DNA of 45,765 nucleotides, the filler included, from Jimgerdemannia flammicorona (taxonomy: Eukaryota): NCBI GenBank assembly GCA_003990765.1. It is 2 parts of 2 records of this genome, joined end to end, with 100 filler letters (N's around TTAATTAATTAA, not from the genome) between each part and the next. Parts side by side here need not be neighbours in the genome. Positions count along the whole stretch, not along the records: positions 1 to 22,835 come from RBNJ01001196.1; 1 more part is not named here. One strand, written 5' to 3'. Of the stretch, positions 1 to 11,257 are shown in pieces. Each line of letters begins with the position of its first letter. Position 1 is the first letter of the stretch. A model generated the notes under the pieces. The model was not told the DNA's origin. It searched no databases and saw only the letters and a list, made by a program, of their open reading frames with translations. The position numbers and the translations under genes were made by a program.

Positions 1-1
1 T

Positions 2-466
2 GGTGACAAGGTCATGCTTAGAACAGACCACCTCCACCCAGACACCCTGGCACAACAACCAGCCAAGAAACTCTGTGCTAGAAGAATTGGACCATACAAG
101 ATCATGGAAAAAATCAGTGAAGTAAACTACAAGTTGCAACTTCCCCACAATATCCGAGTATACCCAGTATTCCATATCAGCCAATTGGTGGACTACCATG
201 AGAACCCATTCCCCGAGTGTACAGTTCCACCACTGCCCCCAATTAGGATCAATGATCATGAGGAATTCGAAATTGAGGAAGTACTTGACCACAAGGTCCG
301 CAACTATCCCAAAGCAGTCAAGCACTTTTTCCTGATCAAGTGGAAGGGTTACCCCACCCATGATGCCACCTGGGAAAAAGAAGAAGCACTGAAGAATACA
401 TGCGAAGCCCTCCAGGACTACATGGAAATACTCACCCCCCAGCAAAGGAAGGAACTACAGCTCTAA
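2..466 (+). CDS. pol: C-terminus of Pol: integrase GPY/F module plus chromodomain (5'-partial)
   Basis: KKLCARRIGPYKI...VYPVFHISQL (GPY/F) followed by EFEIEEVLDHK...FLIKWKGYPTHDATWE (chromodomain). The frame is open to the window edge. Confidence 0.93.
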   Translation, partial: GDKVMLRTDHLHPDTLAQQPAKKLCARRIGPYKIMEKISEVNYKLQLPHNIRVYPVFHISQLVDYHENPFPECTVPPLPPIRINDHEEFEIEEVLDHKVRNYPKAVKHFFLIKWKGYPTHDATWEKEEALKNTCEALQDYMEILTPQQRKELQL

Positions 467-1036
467 GTATAGGAGCATACAGCAGGCGGAAGGATACCAC
501 ATATTTTTATCTGGAAACATATAATACCAAATATTGCGAAAAAAGGAATACTATGGATAACCAACAAGAAGATACCCGAGCAAAAGAACAATCTAGTACA
601 GTACAGCAAAATGCATTTGAACAACTCTATTTCACGCCATCTGTGTCATCTCTGCTGGATGATGACAGATGCTTCATGTGAAACTTAGGAAAGCTGACAA
701 TGTCGAAACCAGTCTAAGTCCATCCACGTGACAGATATTATTACTAAAGAATTGTCTCGGATTATAAGAAAAGTCTATTTCCGAGAGGTTCGAACCCCCA
801 GCCACGAAATGGGAGCCCTCACCCTAGACAAGGATGGTCAGTCCTCGCAAATGTGCCAACCAGACAAAAAAAAAAGTGGACCAAGATCTGTTAACCCTGT
901 GTAACCACAGATGGGTGATGAGATTTTTGAAATCAGGATTCCCTCATATGACCAACACATGCTCTGCTTACAGCACAGGTCATGCATTTTACCAGAAAGT
1001 GTGACCAAAGGAAGGTCACATCAGATGGGCGAATAA

Positions 1037-1048
1037 GTATAAATACCC
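1037..1048 (+). promoter_or_regulatory. Putative internal TATA box upstream of the extra ORF
   Basis: GTATAAATACCC ~70 nt upstream of ATG 1110. The same 12-mer lies in the LTR at 2261 and is conserved in the second copy (~37179-37190, minus strand). Confidence 0.5.
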
Positions 1049-1109
1049 AAGGCAAGAATACCTCACAACTCTCATCCCCCTTTCCTCACAAAGAAAAGAC
1101 AAGACAAGA

Positions 1110-1919
1110 ATGCCTGCTACCTGCTGCCAGACTGCCCGCCGTAGCCAGCCCCTCCCAAGCTAGGTTGACCGCCTCTTTGGACACATCCAGGTTGCCATCC
1201 AAGGAAGGAACTGCCACTCAGAGGCCCTTAACCTCTCCAGCCCAGACCTAGGACAGTATGCCCTTGACCGCCGCGAACTCATTGAAAGGGCCTACCTTGC
1301 TACTAGCTGCCTAGAAATCTGGCACAAATATGAAATTAGTCACCAGCTTCTCCAACATACAAATGGCCTACCCACAGACCAGGTCTCTGACTGGACTCAC
1401 CTAGACAGGCATGAGCAAAGACTTGCCAAGAAGGTCCATCAAATTATGCACCATGCACCTTTTGCGATCCCCAACCTCAACTACATACAACTGAAGGACT
1501 TCCAGAACCTCTCTTTCCCTGAGGTCAATGCCCTAGAAGTCAAGGTCGCCCAAGAAGCCAACTCCTGGATTGCCCTCAAGTCTACTGACTGCAAACCCTA
1601 CTGGAGCCCCCTCCTGAATGACAACCCTGACCAATGGCTCCAAGGTCTCTCTGACCTCTTTGAAGGACCACCTATTCGAATGGATATTCCCAGGCATAAA
1701 GATCAAGAGCCCTACTTGGATGGCCCCAACTGTATCAGATGGAGAACCCCAACACCAGCACAAAACCCAGTGCAAGAACCATTTGTAGACCTCATTGACT
1801 TCTCCATCCTGGACAGCGAGCTATTAGCAACAACCACCCCCCCTGCCCCTGAGGAAGATTCCCCACCTTTCTCTCCCCTGGTTCTCAATTTCTCAATTAA
1901 TGAGGACATTGATTTCTAA
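1110..1919 (+). pseudogene. Extra ORF (ORF3, ~269 aa, unknown function) of the chromovirus, with one premature TAG
   Basis: ATG 1110 is in frame with listed ORF 1446-1919. The only interruption is TAG at 1161-1163, where the second copy reads CAG. The stop codon overlaps the PPT. Confidence 0.7.
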
Positions 1920-1930
1920 GAGGGGAAGGA
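1918..1930 (+). promoter_or_regulatory. Polypurine tract
   Basis: AAGAGGGGAAGGA immediately before the LTR start TGTAATAG. Confidence 0.92.
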
Positions 1931-2740
1931 TGTAATAGAATGATGAACGATGAACAACGAGCGATCACGTGACCCAGCGAGTGATGACATCATCATACAA
2001 ATGAAGTGCGACATACGAATTACGAACAATGAATGATGCGAATCGACGCAGAAAATGATATCCAGCTTATCCCCAACAATCGGCACTGCAGCCAGCACCG
2101 CAGCAACAGTTGCCACAGCAGCTGATCATTGCCTAGTAATTGAGGTCCTGATCACAAAGTTGTTTTTGCCAAAAACCATCTGACAAAGGTCATGATCACA
2201 AACCTCATTATAGTTACCAAATTAGTCACTCATACTTAGTCAGAAATTGTGGACCAACTTGTATAAATACCCCCCAGTTTCCATCCGAAATAAAGCAGTT
2301 TTAGTTCAGTCCTTGATACAAGAATCAAGTCCCCCCCCCACATACACACATTCCCCTGAGTCTTAGTAATGACATCTAAGTGACTCTAGTGTTTCTGACT
2401 AAACTCCAGGAGCCTAGCTAACTTCTGCCAGAACTGAGACTGGTATATAAATCCCCAAAGACTTAAGTAAACCCATTGAACCTGAATTCCAAGGTGAATT
2501 CAGTCTGTGCACAGCAAGGAATAAGACCCTTGAAATAGGGCACAAGAGAAAGACCTTTGAAACAGAAGGCAAACCAGAAAGACCTTTGAAAGATAAGGCA
2601 CTGCTGCTACAACTACTTTAAGTGAGCACTTCCTCAACTGAAGGCTTCTTGGTACACATTGTATACTAAGTCCCTAAGTAATAGTCCACTTCCCTAATTA
2701 TCCAAAGGATAAGAGAGGGATAGAAGTGAGAGCTATTACA
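1931..2740 (+). repeat. 3' LTR (810 bp)
   Basis: 8-bp terminal inverted repeat TGTAATAG...CTATTACA, TATAAATA at ~2262 and AATAAA at ~2289. Homologous to 35532-36287 (-) and 42637-43196 (+). Confidence 0.95.
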
Positions 2741-2845
2741 TAAAAGTTCCCATTGCTTACTATTGAGCAAGTATAGTAGAGGTGAGGTTGAAGATAGAGT
2801 TGTTGCTATTTGATATATTATAGATATAGTTTTATAAAAGGGTAA

Positions 2846-2864
2846 TTAGGGTTTAGGATTAAGA
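2846..2864 (+). repeat. Short degenerate telomere-like tract
   Basis: TTAGGG TTTAGGA TTAAGA, on the same strand as the telomere-like tracts at the LINE junctions. Confidence 0.45.
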
Positions 2865-3143
2865 GTGTGAGGTTTAACAAGAAATTCAACAGAGTTGAGT
2901 AATAGCTGTGTTAGATTATGGAAATTCGAACATCTCTTGTCAGACTTACTATTGCTTATATATCTTTTACTTATCTGCTTCAGACTTAGTAAATAGTTAT
3001 ATAATGTTAACATAATATAATACAAAGAAATTTCATACATAAAAGTGATTACTTCTCAGGTTTCAAAATCAGATAGCTTTGATCTACTGACCAAATTATA
3101 TAATAAAAAAATAATAATTTATATCACAAGAGTTAGAGTTAGA

Positions 3144-4952
3144 CTTCAAGTAAGGATTTTATTCATTGTAGAGAAGAAGGGATATATCAGACTAATAAAT
3201 AATAAAGACTTTTAAGATGATAAGAGCAAAAAGAGGCCAGTAAAGTAAACAACTAGCTAAGAAGAGCAAAACTAAGACCAGAGAGGTGACAACTCTATAG
3301 ATAGGCTGGGTATATCATTTTGTTATAGCCATAAAGATAACAAGTACAAAAGCAAAGAGAGAGGCTAAATAAAATAGATATAAGCCTGATGTCAATTATA
3401 GGAATAATATCAACAATCAATACCAATCAGCTAATATAAGATATATAATATAATGCACTCTCAATAATTAGAAAACTAATTAAGATGAGTTATAGGAGGG
3501 AAGAAAATAAAGAAAATATACTTTTACTCAATTGTATAAATATTTTTATAATTTCAGTTAGACAAAATCTGGCTATAAGGTAGTAACCAAAATTGTATAT
3601 AGTATTGATAGTATAGAAGGTGGACTCATGAAGAGTGTGAAGAGGAAAGATAAGAACCTCCTTCTGTTATTCATTACTGGTGAACCAATAGAGTTACTCA
3701 TGACTAGAATTACTTTAGAAGACCAGATTAGAGCTATCAAGAATACCACACCTATAAAAATAGTCACAGTAAAACCAATCTCTATAGAGATAGATGTGGG
3801 GTTGGCCAAAATGATTATAATGTCAGGTAAGTGCAGAATACATAAGCTGAGAAAAAAAGAAGAGGACTAAGTTGGCTTACTGAGACTACAAGTAGCCTCA
3901 GAGTATTATATACCAAACTAGCAATTAGAAGAAGAAGACCCATTCTTACAATAACTGGTCACAAAGAAAGGACTAAAGGAAGGAGTGAAGCTAGTAAGTC
4001 ATGTGGACCTGAGACAAAGATCTCAGTATTAGTCAAAGTAGTCAAGCCAGGAGGTCCAATGCTAGAATTTATCAATAATAGAACCTGAAAGATACATGAC
4101 AAAGTACTCACTAAGATAGCTAATGGAGTTATTGCCCAACTTACTACATTAGTCCAGATGGGCTTAGAATATATAGCAGAGATCAGATATTTAATAAAGA
4201 AAGAAAGAGAGGTCAAGAATTACACTATCAACTATGAGTCTGCCAGAAAATCTGATAGCCTAGACTACAGTCTTATCAAGAATGCCTTGGAGTACTTTAA
4301 TACCTAAAGCTCTGTAGTAGTAGCTAGATAGGAGGTATAAAGAAAGGAGAGGCCATATTCTCACTGAGGTCTGACAAAAGTATATATGATGGTCAGCTTA
4401 GCCATTTGTGACTAGAGAAGACCACAGACTTAGTAAAAGTTAAGAGTATATTCCATTTTAGCTATATTCTATAATGCCAGATTAATAAAGTCAAACTCTT
4501 TATTAGTATATAGTATGCTCAGATATATATAGGAGGTGGATTACAGATAGGGGATATCTCTAATCAGTATAGAACAGTCAGCTAGACTAATATAACTATA
4601 CTTCTTGAGGTTGAGCTCTATATCATTTATCTTAAACCAATCTTCACAGAAGTTGACTATATATTCTCTACCCCTCAGTAGTAGTATGAGGGGTAAGATA
4701 ATATCATTTATAAAGAAAAGACTGAGTGGAAAGTTGTACTCCTTAAGCATTTAGCAAACTAGTCAGCAAGGGGGTTAATAAAGATATTAAAAAGTCAAGA
4801 AGAGAAGAGGAAGTAGGAATCAGAGGGGTGATGAGACCATTAATAACTATCTGATAGGAATAGTAGTTGAATATACTTTACACAATACTAAGGAGAACTG
4901 TATCAGTATTCCATACCTCAAGCTGGAAAAAAATGAGCTTAAGAGAGACTCA
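3144..4952 (-). mobile_element. Telomere-repeat-associated APE/RT LINE, copy A (3' UTR plus ORF2 C-terminal part, decayed)
   Basis: 3144-3530 matches 9709-10090 and 21561-21888; 3530-4950 matches ~4990-6425. Preceded by AGAGTTAGAGTTAGA (3129-3143), a G>A-decayed AGGGTTAGGGTTAGG. Confidence 0.85.
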
Positions 4953-4991
4953 ATGGAAAGAAAGGAATAAAGAAAATGTGCAATTGCTCAA

Positions 4992-7900
4992 TTATCCAAG
5001 CATCTTTGTAATCTTGGTCAGACAGAACCTGACTGTGAGGTGGCTACCAGAATTATACATAGCATCAATAGTATAGTAGGCTGTCTTGTGAAGAGCATGA
5101 AGAGAGTAGATATGAAGTTCCTCCTGCTATTTATTATTGGTAAACCAATTGAGCTATTCATGATGGGAATTATCTTAGAACATAGAGTACAAACTGTTGA
5201 GAAGACTGCACTCATAGAGATGGCTATGTTAAAACTTATCTCCACAAGGGCTAGGGCATAGTTAGGCAAAGTAGCCATAATGCCAGGCAAGAACAGAGTG
5301 CACAAGCCAGGGGGGGAAGGAGAGGACATGGTCAGCTCCCCAAGACCATAAACAGCCTTTGGGGGTAATATACCAAATGAGAGCCTGAGAGGAGGAGACC
5401 CATTCTTGGAGCAGCTGATCCCAGATGAATGACTAGAGGAAGGAGCAGAGTGAGTGAGTCTTATGGACCTAGAGACAGAGGTCTCAGTATCAGTTGAGAA
5501 AGTCAAGCCAAGAGGTCTAATGCTGGAACTTGTCAATGATAGAACTCAGGGGATATATGATAAAGTACTTGCTAAGAGGGTCAATGAGATTGTTACCAGA
5601 CTTACTACACCAATCCTGATGAACTTGAAATATACAGCAGAGGTCCAATATATGATGAAGGAAGAAGGAGAGGCCAAGAATCAAGCTGCCAAGCAGAGGG
5701 TGGCCAGAAAACCTGACCACTCAAGTGATAGCATTATTGAAGACCTACTTGGAATACTTTAACATCTGAAGTTCCATAATAGTAGCTGGGCAAGAAGCTT
5801 ATAGAAGTAGAAGACCATACTCCAGCTAAGACCTAATAAAGATATATATGATGGTCAGCTTGACCTTTAGTGACCAGAGGGGACCATGGGTATGGCAGAA
5901 CCCAAGAGTACATTCTGCCTTCACCATATTCTGCAATGCCAGCCTGACAAAGTCAAATTATTTGTTAATATATGAGATGCCCAGATATATATAGGAGAGG
6001 GGTCATGGGCAGGGCTTGCCCTCAATCAGCACAGTATAGTCAGCAGGGCCAACATAACTATACTTCTTGGGATTGAGCTTAGTATTATTTGCTGAGAGCC
6101 AAAGCTCACAGAAGTTAACCATTCTCTGCCCTTCTACAGTAGTGCAGGGTGTGAGGGCAATATCATCAGCAAAGAAAAGCCCAAGAGAGAAGTTGTACTC
6201 CTTAAACTGCTCATTAGCAAGAGGGTTAATAAATATGTCAAAGAGCTAAGGGGAGAGAAGAGAGCCCTAAAAGAGGCCATGCTCAGTTGAAACTAAAGGG
6301 GTGATAAGGTTGTTAACAACTACCTAATAGAAACAGTGATTGAACAGGCTTCAGATGATGCTAAGGAGGGCCACATTGGCTTCTTGCTCCTCAAGTCAGG
6401 AAAGAATGAACTTGAGGGAGACTCTATCATATGCCTGCCAGAGGTTGAGGAAGATATAGCAGTCCCACCCCTTGGCCTACATCTCATGTGAGGGCAAGAC
6501 ATAGGAAAGAGATGAGAAGTGGGTTTGGAAGTCACCTTGGCAGTATGACATTTCTATCAGGCCACTCTGGCTCTTGACATAACTTTTCAAATACTGCTTA
6601 AAGAGTCTGTGAAACTCTCAGTAAGAGTGATAGAGTGAAATCTATCAATTATCTGGAACTTCTCCTTCTTAGGGATTGGGGAGATGATGGGTGAGTTCCC
6701 AAACCATGTATATCTAGAAGAAGAAGGAAAGGGCTTTTGATAGACTACAGAGAGCATCCTTCTCACCCCAATATCTGAAGGATCTGGACATGTAAAGAGT
6801 TAGCCCCACAGGTCTTCATAAGGGGGTAGCTATGTATGACCCTCCAAATCGCAGTTTGGTCAAACCAAGACTGTAGTCCAAGGGCCCCCACACTGAGGGA
6901 GAAGATATTCTCAGAGTTATCAAGATGTAGGGAGATATCTAACTGGCTGAAGATAGTAGTAAAGTGGGCAACTATATTATCAAATACCAAGACAACAGGA
7001 GAGCAGAATTAGAGAAAAGCCAGGAGGGTAGAGGAGTATGTACACTTGAAACCATGAATGGTATCAGAGACCAATAATGCACTGCAAAGGAGGTCCTACC
7101 ACAGGAGTAGTACTGCCCTGATCTCTCTGATATCATATGAGTCCAGAATATTCTCATAGATGGACTGCAGAATAGAGATCAAGAGAGTACAAACTGCTGG
7201 TGATCTTCCACAGAGCAAAAGCCAGTGATGTGGTCCTGGATAGAATAAATAGACCTGACAACAGTATTGCAAATGATATCTGCTAATTCCCAAAGATGAG
7301 CTTAGATGACTAGATCAATCAGATACTTCACAGCATAATGGTAGACACTAGCCAAGACAGCAACCAGCAAGAGGAAGAAGAGAAAGGAGACAGTAAGAAG
7401 GGAGGGATAATTAGTAGTAACAAGAGGTTTGGAGCAGATGAGAGATGTATAGAGGGATGCAGTGACAAATTTGTGATCTATGTATATAGATCCAGCAACC
7501 AGGATCAGGTGATTCAATATCCACATCAATAAGGAGATATCAATGACATCCATCCAATCTCTAGAACCAGAGTTGATATTACTAAGTCAGAAACTGAAGT
7601 GCATATTAATGTCATCAATCAAAAGGGCCTTACCCAGGAAGTGGCCAGATATAAGATCATGGAAGCCATTAATAGAAAGAGAGGTGGGGTATAAATTCTG
7701 ACCAAAGCCAGGCCCTAGAACATAAGCCAGATATAGAAGGGGTTGTTGGAGGATCTGGAAATGAGTGTAGCAAAATTGTTTGACATAAGGACCACAAGAT
7801 CACCATTCTGGTGGCTTATGATCCTATGTGATGCCAGGGGGGAAGATATGTAAATGAGTGGAGCAAAATGGTTTGACATCAGGACCATAAGACCACCATT

Positions 7901-8071
7901 CTGGTGGTCTATAATCCTATGTGATGCCAGGAGGGAAGATATGTAAATGAGTAGAGAGAGATGCCATGTTTCACAAATGAAAAGAATATTGAGGGGAGGA
8001 CCAATCAACCAACTGAGCATATAAAACTTGTCCTGAGTTAGTCTATGTACATTGGAGAACCTGACTCTTAT
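4992..8071 (-). pseudogene. LINE ORF2: apurinic-like endonuclease + reverse transcriptase + C-terminal Cys/His motif
   Basis: Start xRVRFSNVHRLTQDKF...ILFICETWH (APE), IYIDHKF, QAYDRV, GSLLSP, FFADDIAL (~6155-6178), YLGI, and C-terminal LAWHYGYFA*LCPSPCGDKF*HSHLYEC. Many transition-derived stops. Confidence 0.9.
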
Positions 8072-9180
8072 TGGGGATCAGGTACATTAGTGCCAATAGT
8101 GTGAGAAGTATCTGAGGAAGAAGCCTCAGCTTCCAAAACTATTGCCATATCTCTGATCATTGCCACAGTATCACCTATCTTCAAAGCAGGGCTGGCCATT
8201 GGGGGGGCAAGAGAGAGAAGGGTGAGGCTGAGTTCTATACCCCACACCTTGTAGAAGATTTGCATCTTAGGCCTCTTTATAGTGGTATTACCAGCCAATT
8301 GCCAGATCCAGGCATAAAAGGATTTGAGGACCTGTGCCTTCATGACCTCCAAGGTATTCTTGTTATAGGGGAGTACAGAGTCCCAGACTGAGAGTACTGA
8401 GAACCTGAGCACTTTCATCTTCTTTTAGAATACTGTAACATAATCAGGGTATAGGAGAAATTCAATAGTCAATGTTAAGACATATGATATGTTGAGAACC
8501 TTGAACAACATCATATGGATATTGTACAAGTTCTTTCAGATCTGTCTGATATTAAGATGGGTGAATCTGTCAACATAAACATACTTTAGCTGAGTACCTC
8601 ACTCAGTTAGTGAAAGATGAGAGGTCAGCTTATAGGTCATGTATAAAAGAGCAGTAGTGGTAAAAGCCCTTTCCATCTTAGGGTAGGCCAGGGTTCTATC
8701 CTTGATAGAAACCTTTTTGATGGTAGGGGCATATGATTTGAGGGGGGCAGGGGTTGAAGCAGAGAACAAGGACAGACTGGCAATATTTGGTCCCACAGAT
8801 GTAACCTGGGGCACTAGCCTGGGGGCCTTGGTCTTACCCTTTTTAGGGGGCATGGCTTTGGTAGCCAGAGTGGTGGCTCTAGCAGTCTGCTTGTCTACTC
8901 ACTTCTGGGCCTTAGATTATATATTCAGTAGGAGGTGGGGCCAACAACTTAGGGGGGGTGGATGTGGATGGAGCAGCAGGGGTACTCCCAAAGGAGCACC
9001 AGATAATATGGGAGTGGTGGATGCTGATTGTGCAGTAAGCTGTACCATCAGCTGGATATTGATCTTAGCCAGATCAGTCATCTGAGTCAGTAGATCTGAG
9101 ATCTGCTTTCTCATCATAGCCATCTCCATGACCAGATTGGAGTCAGTTGAGGGATCTGCATGACTGATAGTCAGGGTCAT
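8068..9180 (-). pseudogene. LINE ORF1 (fragmented)
   Basis: ORF pieces 8917-9180, 8599-8853 and 8068-8418 linked by KYVYVDRF...KVLNISYV...EFLLYPDY, a pattern resembling ORF1 of fungal LINEs. The true start may lie further upstream. Confidence 0.75.
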
Positions 9181-10686
9181 TCCCTAACTAGTATTTGGGT
9201 GACTACACTTGTTATGATTGAGGGATAGGGGTATAGAAGAGAAGAGAGAGGACTGGAAATCATGGTCTGAATTGGAAGAGATCATGATCTCTTCATTATT
9301 CTCCACATCATACAGGGAAGATAAATATACTGATATCAGTCATATATCCCCATATGACCTGCACATTATCATAAGACTACCCTCACCAAAGTCAAGAGAG
9401 AGAAGATCAATACTATGAAATTTAGTACAGCAGAGAGAGGTGCCAAAGCATACAAAGAGATGGGTTGTATTCAAGTCATTGCCAATGACAGAAGAGGTCG
9501 CTGATATTACCAAAACAGGCAGAGGTATATTTGTTTGTTTTCTGGAAACCTTTGTTTGGCAAATGAAAAAATAATAGAGAAGAGGGGTATTTATACCCAA
9601 TGAGAGGCTTAGCTAATAAAAGTAACTGCTTTCTTAATTTGAAATAGCTTTGGACTATAAAGCTGAGTCTAGCCAAATGGAAATATCAAATGAGTGGCTT
9701 AGGTTAGGCTTCAAGTGAGAATTTATTCATTGTAGAGAAGATAAGATACATCAGAGCAATAAATGGCAAAGACTTCAAAAGCAGAAAGAGACTAGCAAAG
9801 TAAACAACTAGCTAAGAAGAACTAAACAAAGGCCAGAGAGGTGAACACTCTATGGACAGACTGGATAAACCATTTAGTCATGGCTATAGAGATAATAAAT
9901 GCAAAAAGTAAAAAAGGAAGAGCTAAAAATATAATATACAAATGCCTGGTACCAACTATGGAAACAATATCAACACCTAAATGTGAAGTGACTGATATGA
10001 GATATATAACTCAATGTACTCTCAATAACAAGGGAACTAACCAAGATGAATGAAGGGAAAGAAGGAGGTAATGAAAATGTGTGATCACTTGATCACCCAA
10101 GTATCTTTGTAATCTCAGTAAGGCAAAACTCAACCATGAGGTGGACATAAGAATTATACATTGTATTAATAATGTGGTAGACTGTCTTGTGAAGAGCATG
10201 AAGAGGGTAGGCAAAGAGCTCCTCCTGCCATTCATCACTGATAAACCAATAAAGCTGATTATTATGATCAGAATTACCTCAGAAGGCAGAATATGAGCCA
10301 TCAAGAAGACTGCATCTGAGGAGATGGCCATGATGAAACTTATCTCTACAGGGTAGGGGCAGAGTTGGCCAAAGTAGCAATAGCACCAAGTGAGGGCAAA
10401 ACACACAAGCTAGGTAGAGAAGGAGAGGATATGGTTGGAACCCCTAGACCATAAATAGGACTGTTAAATGGTTTGAAATCAAAAGATTCAAACCAATTTG
10501 AACCACTTCAGTTTGGTTTGATTTGGTCAGCAGTTTCAAAATAATGTGTATCTTTATTTCTTATTTGCATAAGAATAAATCATATAAATACTTCTTGTAT
10601 GAGTTTATATTTTCAGATTCGGCTACTTGACTTGAAACAGTAAAAGAACTCAGTCTCTTTCAGCAAAAAGAATGATCTACAAAGTG

Positions 10687-11057
10687 TCTGCCATTTGATC
10701 TGAATGTTTAAAATTTAATTACTTTATGAAACTACAACTAGTTTTAATGACCTTGATCTTGTTTGAAAGCTATAAATATTGGATTTTAGACACATTTTAT
10801 TCTGATGAAATCAGATGTTTTTTCATAGAGCTATTGCACTTTAAAAAAACTTGGGTCAATTGCCATTTGAAGAGTTAATCCATGATTGATCTGAGTTTTT
10901 TAAAGTGCAATGGCTCAATGAATACAGATCCAATTTCATCGAAATAAAATATGCCTGGAAGCCAATATTCTTAGCTTCCAAACATGATCAAAATTATTAA
11001 CATTGAATATGGATTCATGAAGTTATTAAATTTTAAAAGCTCAGGTCAAAAGGTAGA
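10687..11057. repeat. Long imperfect palindrome (foldback/MITE-like), ~170-bp arms and 24-nt loop
   Basis: For example ATTGCACTTTAAAAAAACTTGGGTCAAT (ends 10860) pairs with ATTGATCTGAGTTTTTTAAAGTGCAAT (starts 10885). Pairing extends outward to TTTGATCTGA / TCAGGTCAAA. Confidence 0.85.
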
Positions 11058-11257
11058 TGATACTACTCATAACTGAGATAAGTCATGCAATAATGATGGC
11101 ACCCAAAATGAAGACAGCTATTCAATGCCTGAAACCAATACATCCAAAACCAATATGCCTAAGATCTAAGTATCTAAGACATTCCTGTATTCATTGACCT
11201 ATGGTCTCTCATGAGCTGCTAATTTATATCTTTTACAAAAAACACTTATATATCAAA

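Larger units (their letters stand above)
1..2740 (+). mobile_element. Ty3/Gypsy chromovirus LTR retrotransposon, 3' portion (integrase tail, chromodomain, long 3' region with extra ORF, PPT, 3' LTR)
   Basis: GPY motif plus chromodomain ORF, PPT at 1918-1930 and a TG...CA LTR at 1931-2740. The segment is colinear with the reverse complement of ~35532-38230. Confidence 0.95.
4953..9698 (-). mobile_element. Telomere-repeat-associated APE/RT LINE, copy B (5' UTR, ORF1, ORF2; most of 3' UTR deleted)
   Basis: Colinear with copy C. Its 5' end abuts TTAGGTTAGG at 9699-9708. Confidence 0.9.

Noticed and set aside
655..720. Hammerhead ribozyme (TGATGA...GAAA)
   Set aside because: The core reads ATGATGA rather than CTGANGA, and I could not build stems I-III around it.
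5018..5536. 172-aa ORF as the LINE C-terminus
   Set aside because: It is an alternative frame. The motif-bearing frame (LAW.YGYF...CPxPC...H...C) is different and contains stops.
9410..9455. Small intron in the LINE 5' region (GTATGC...TACTAA...TAG on the minus strand)
   Set aside because: The acceptor AG is not conserved in copy C.
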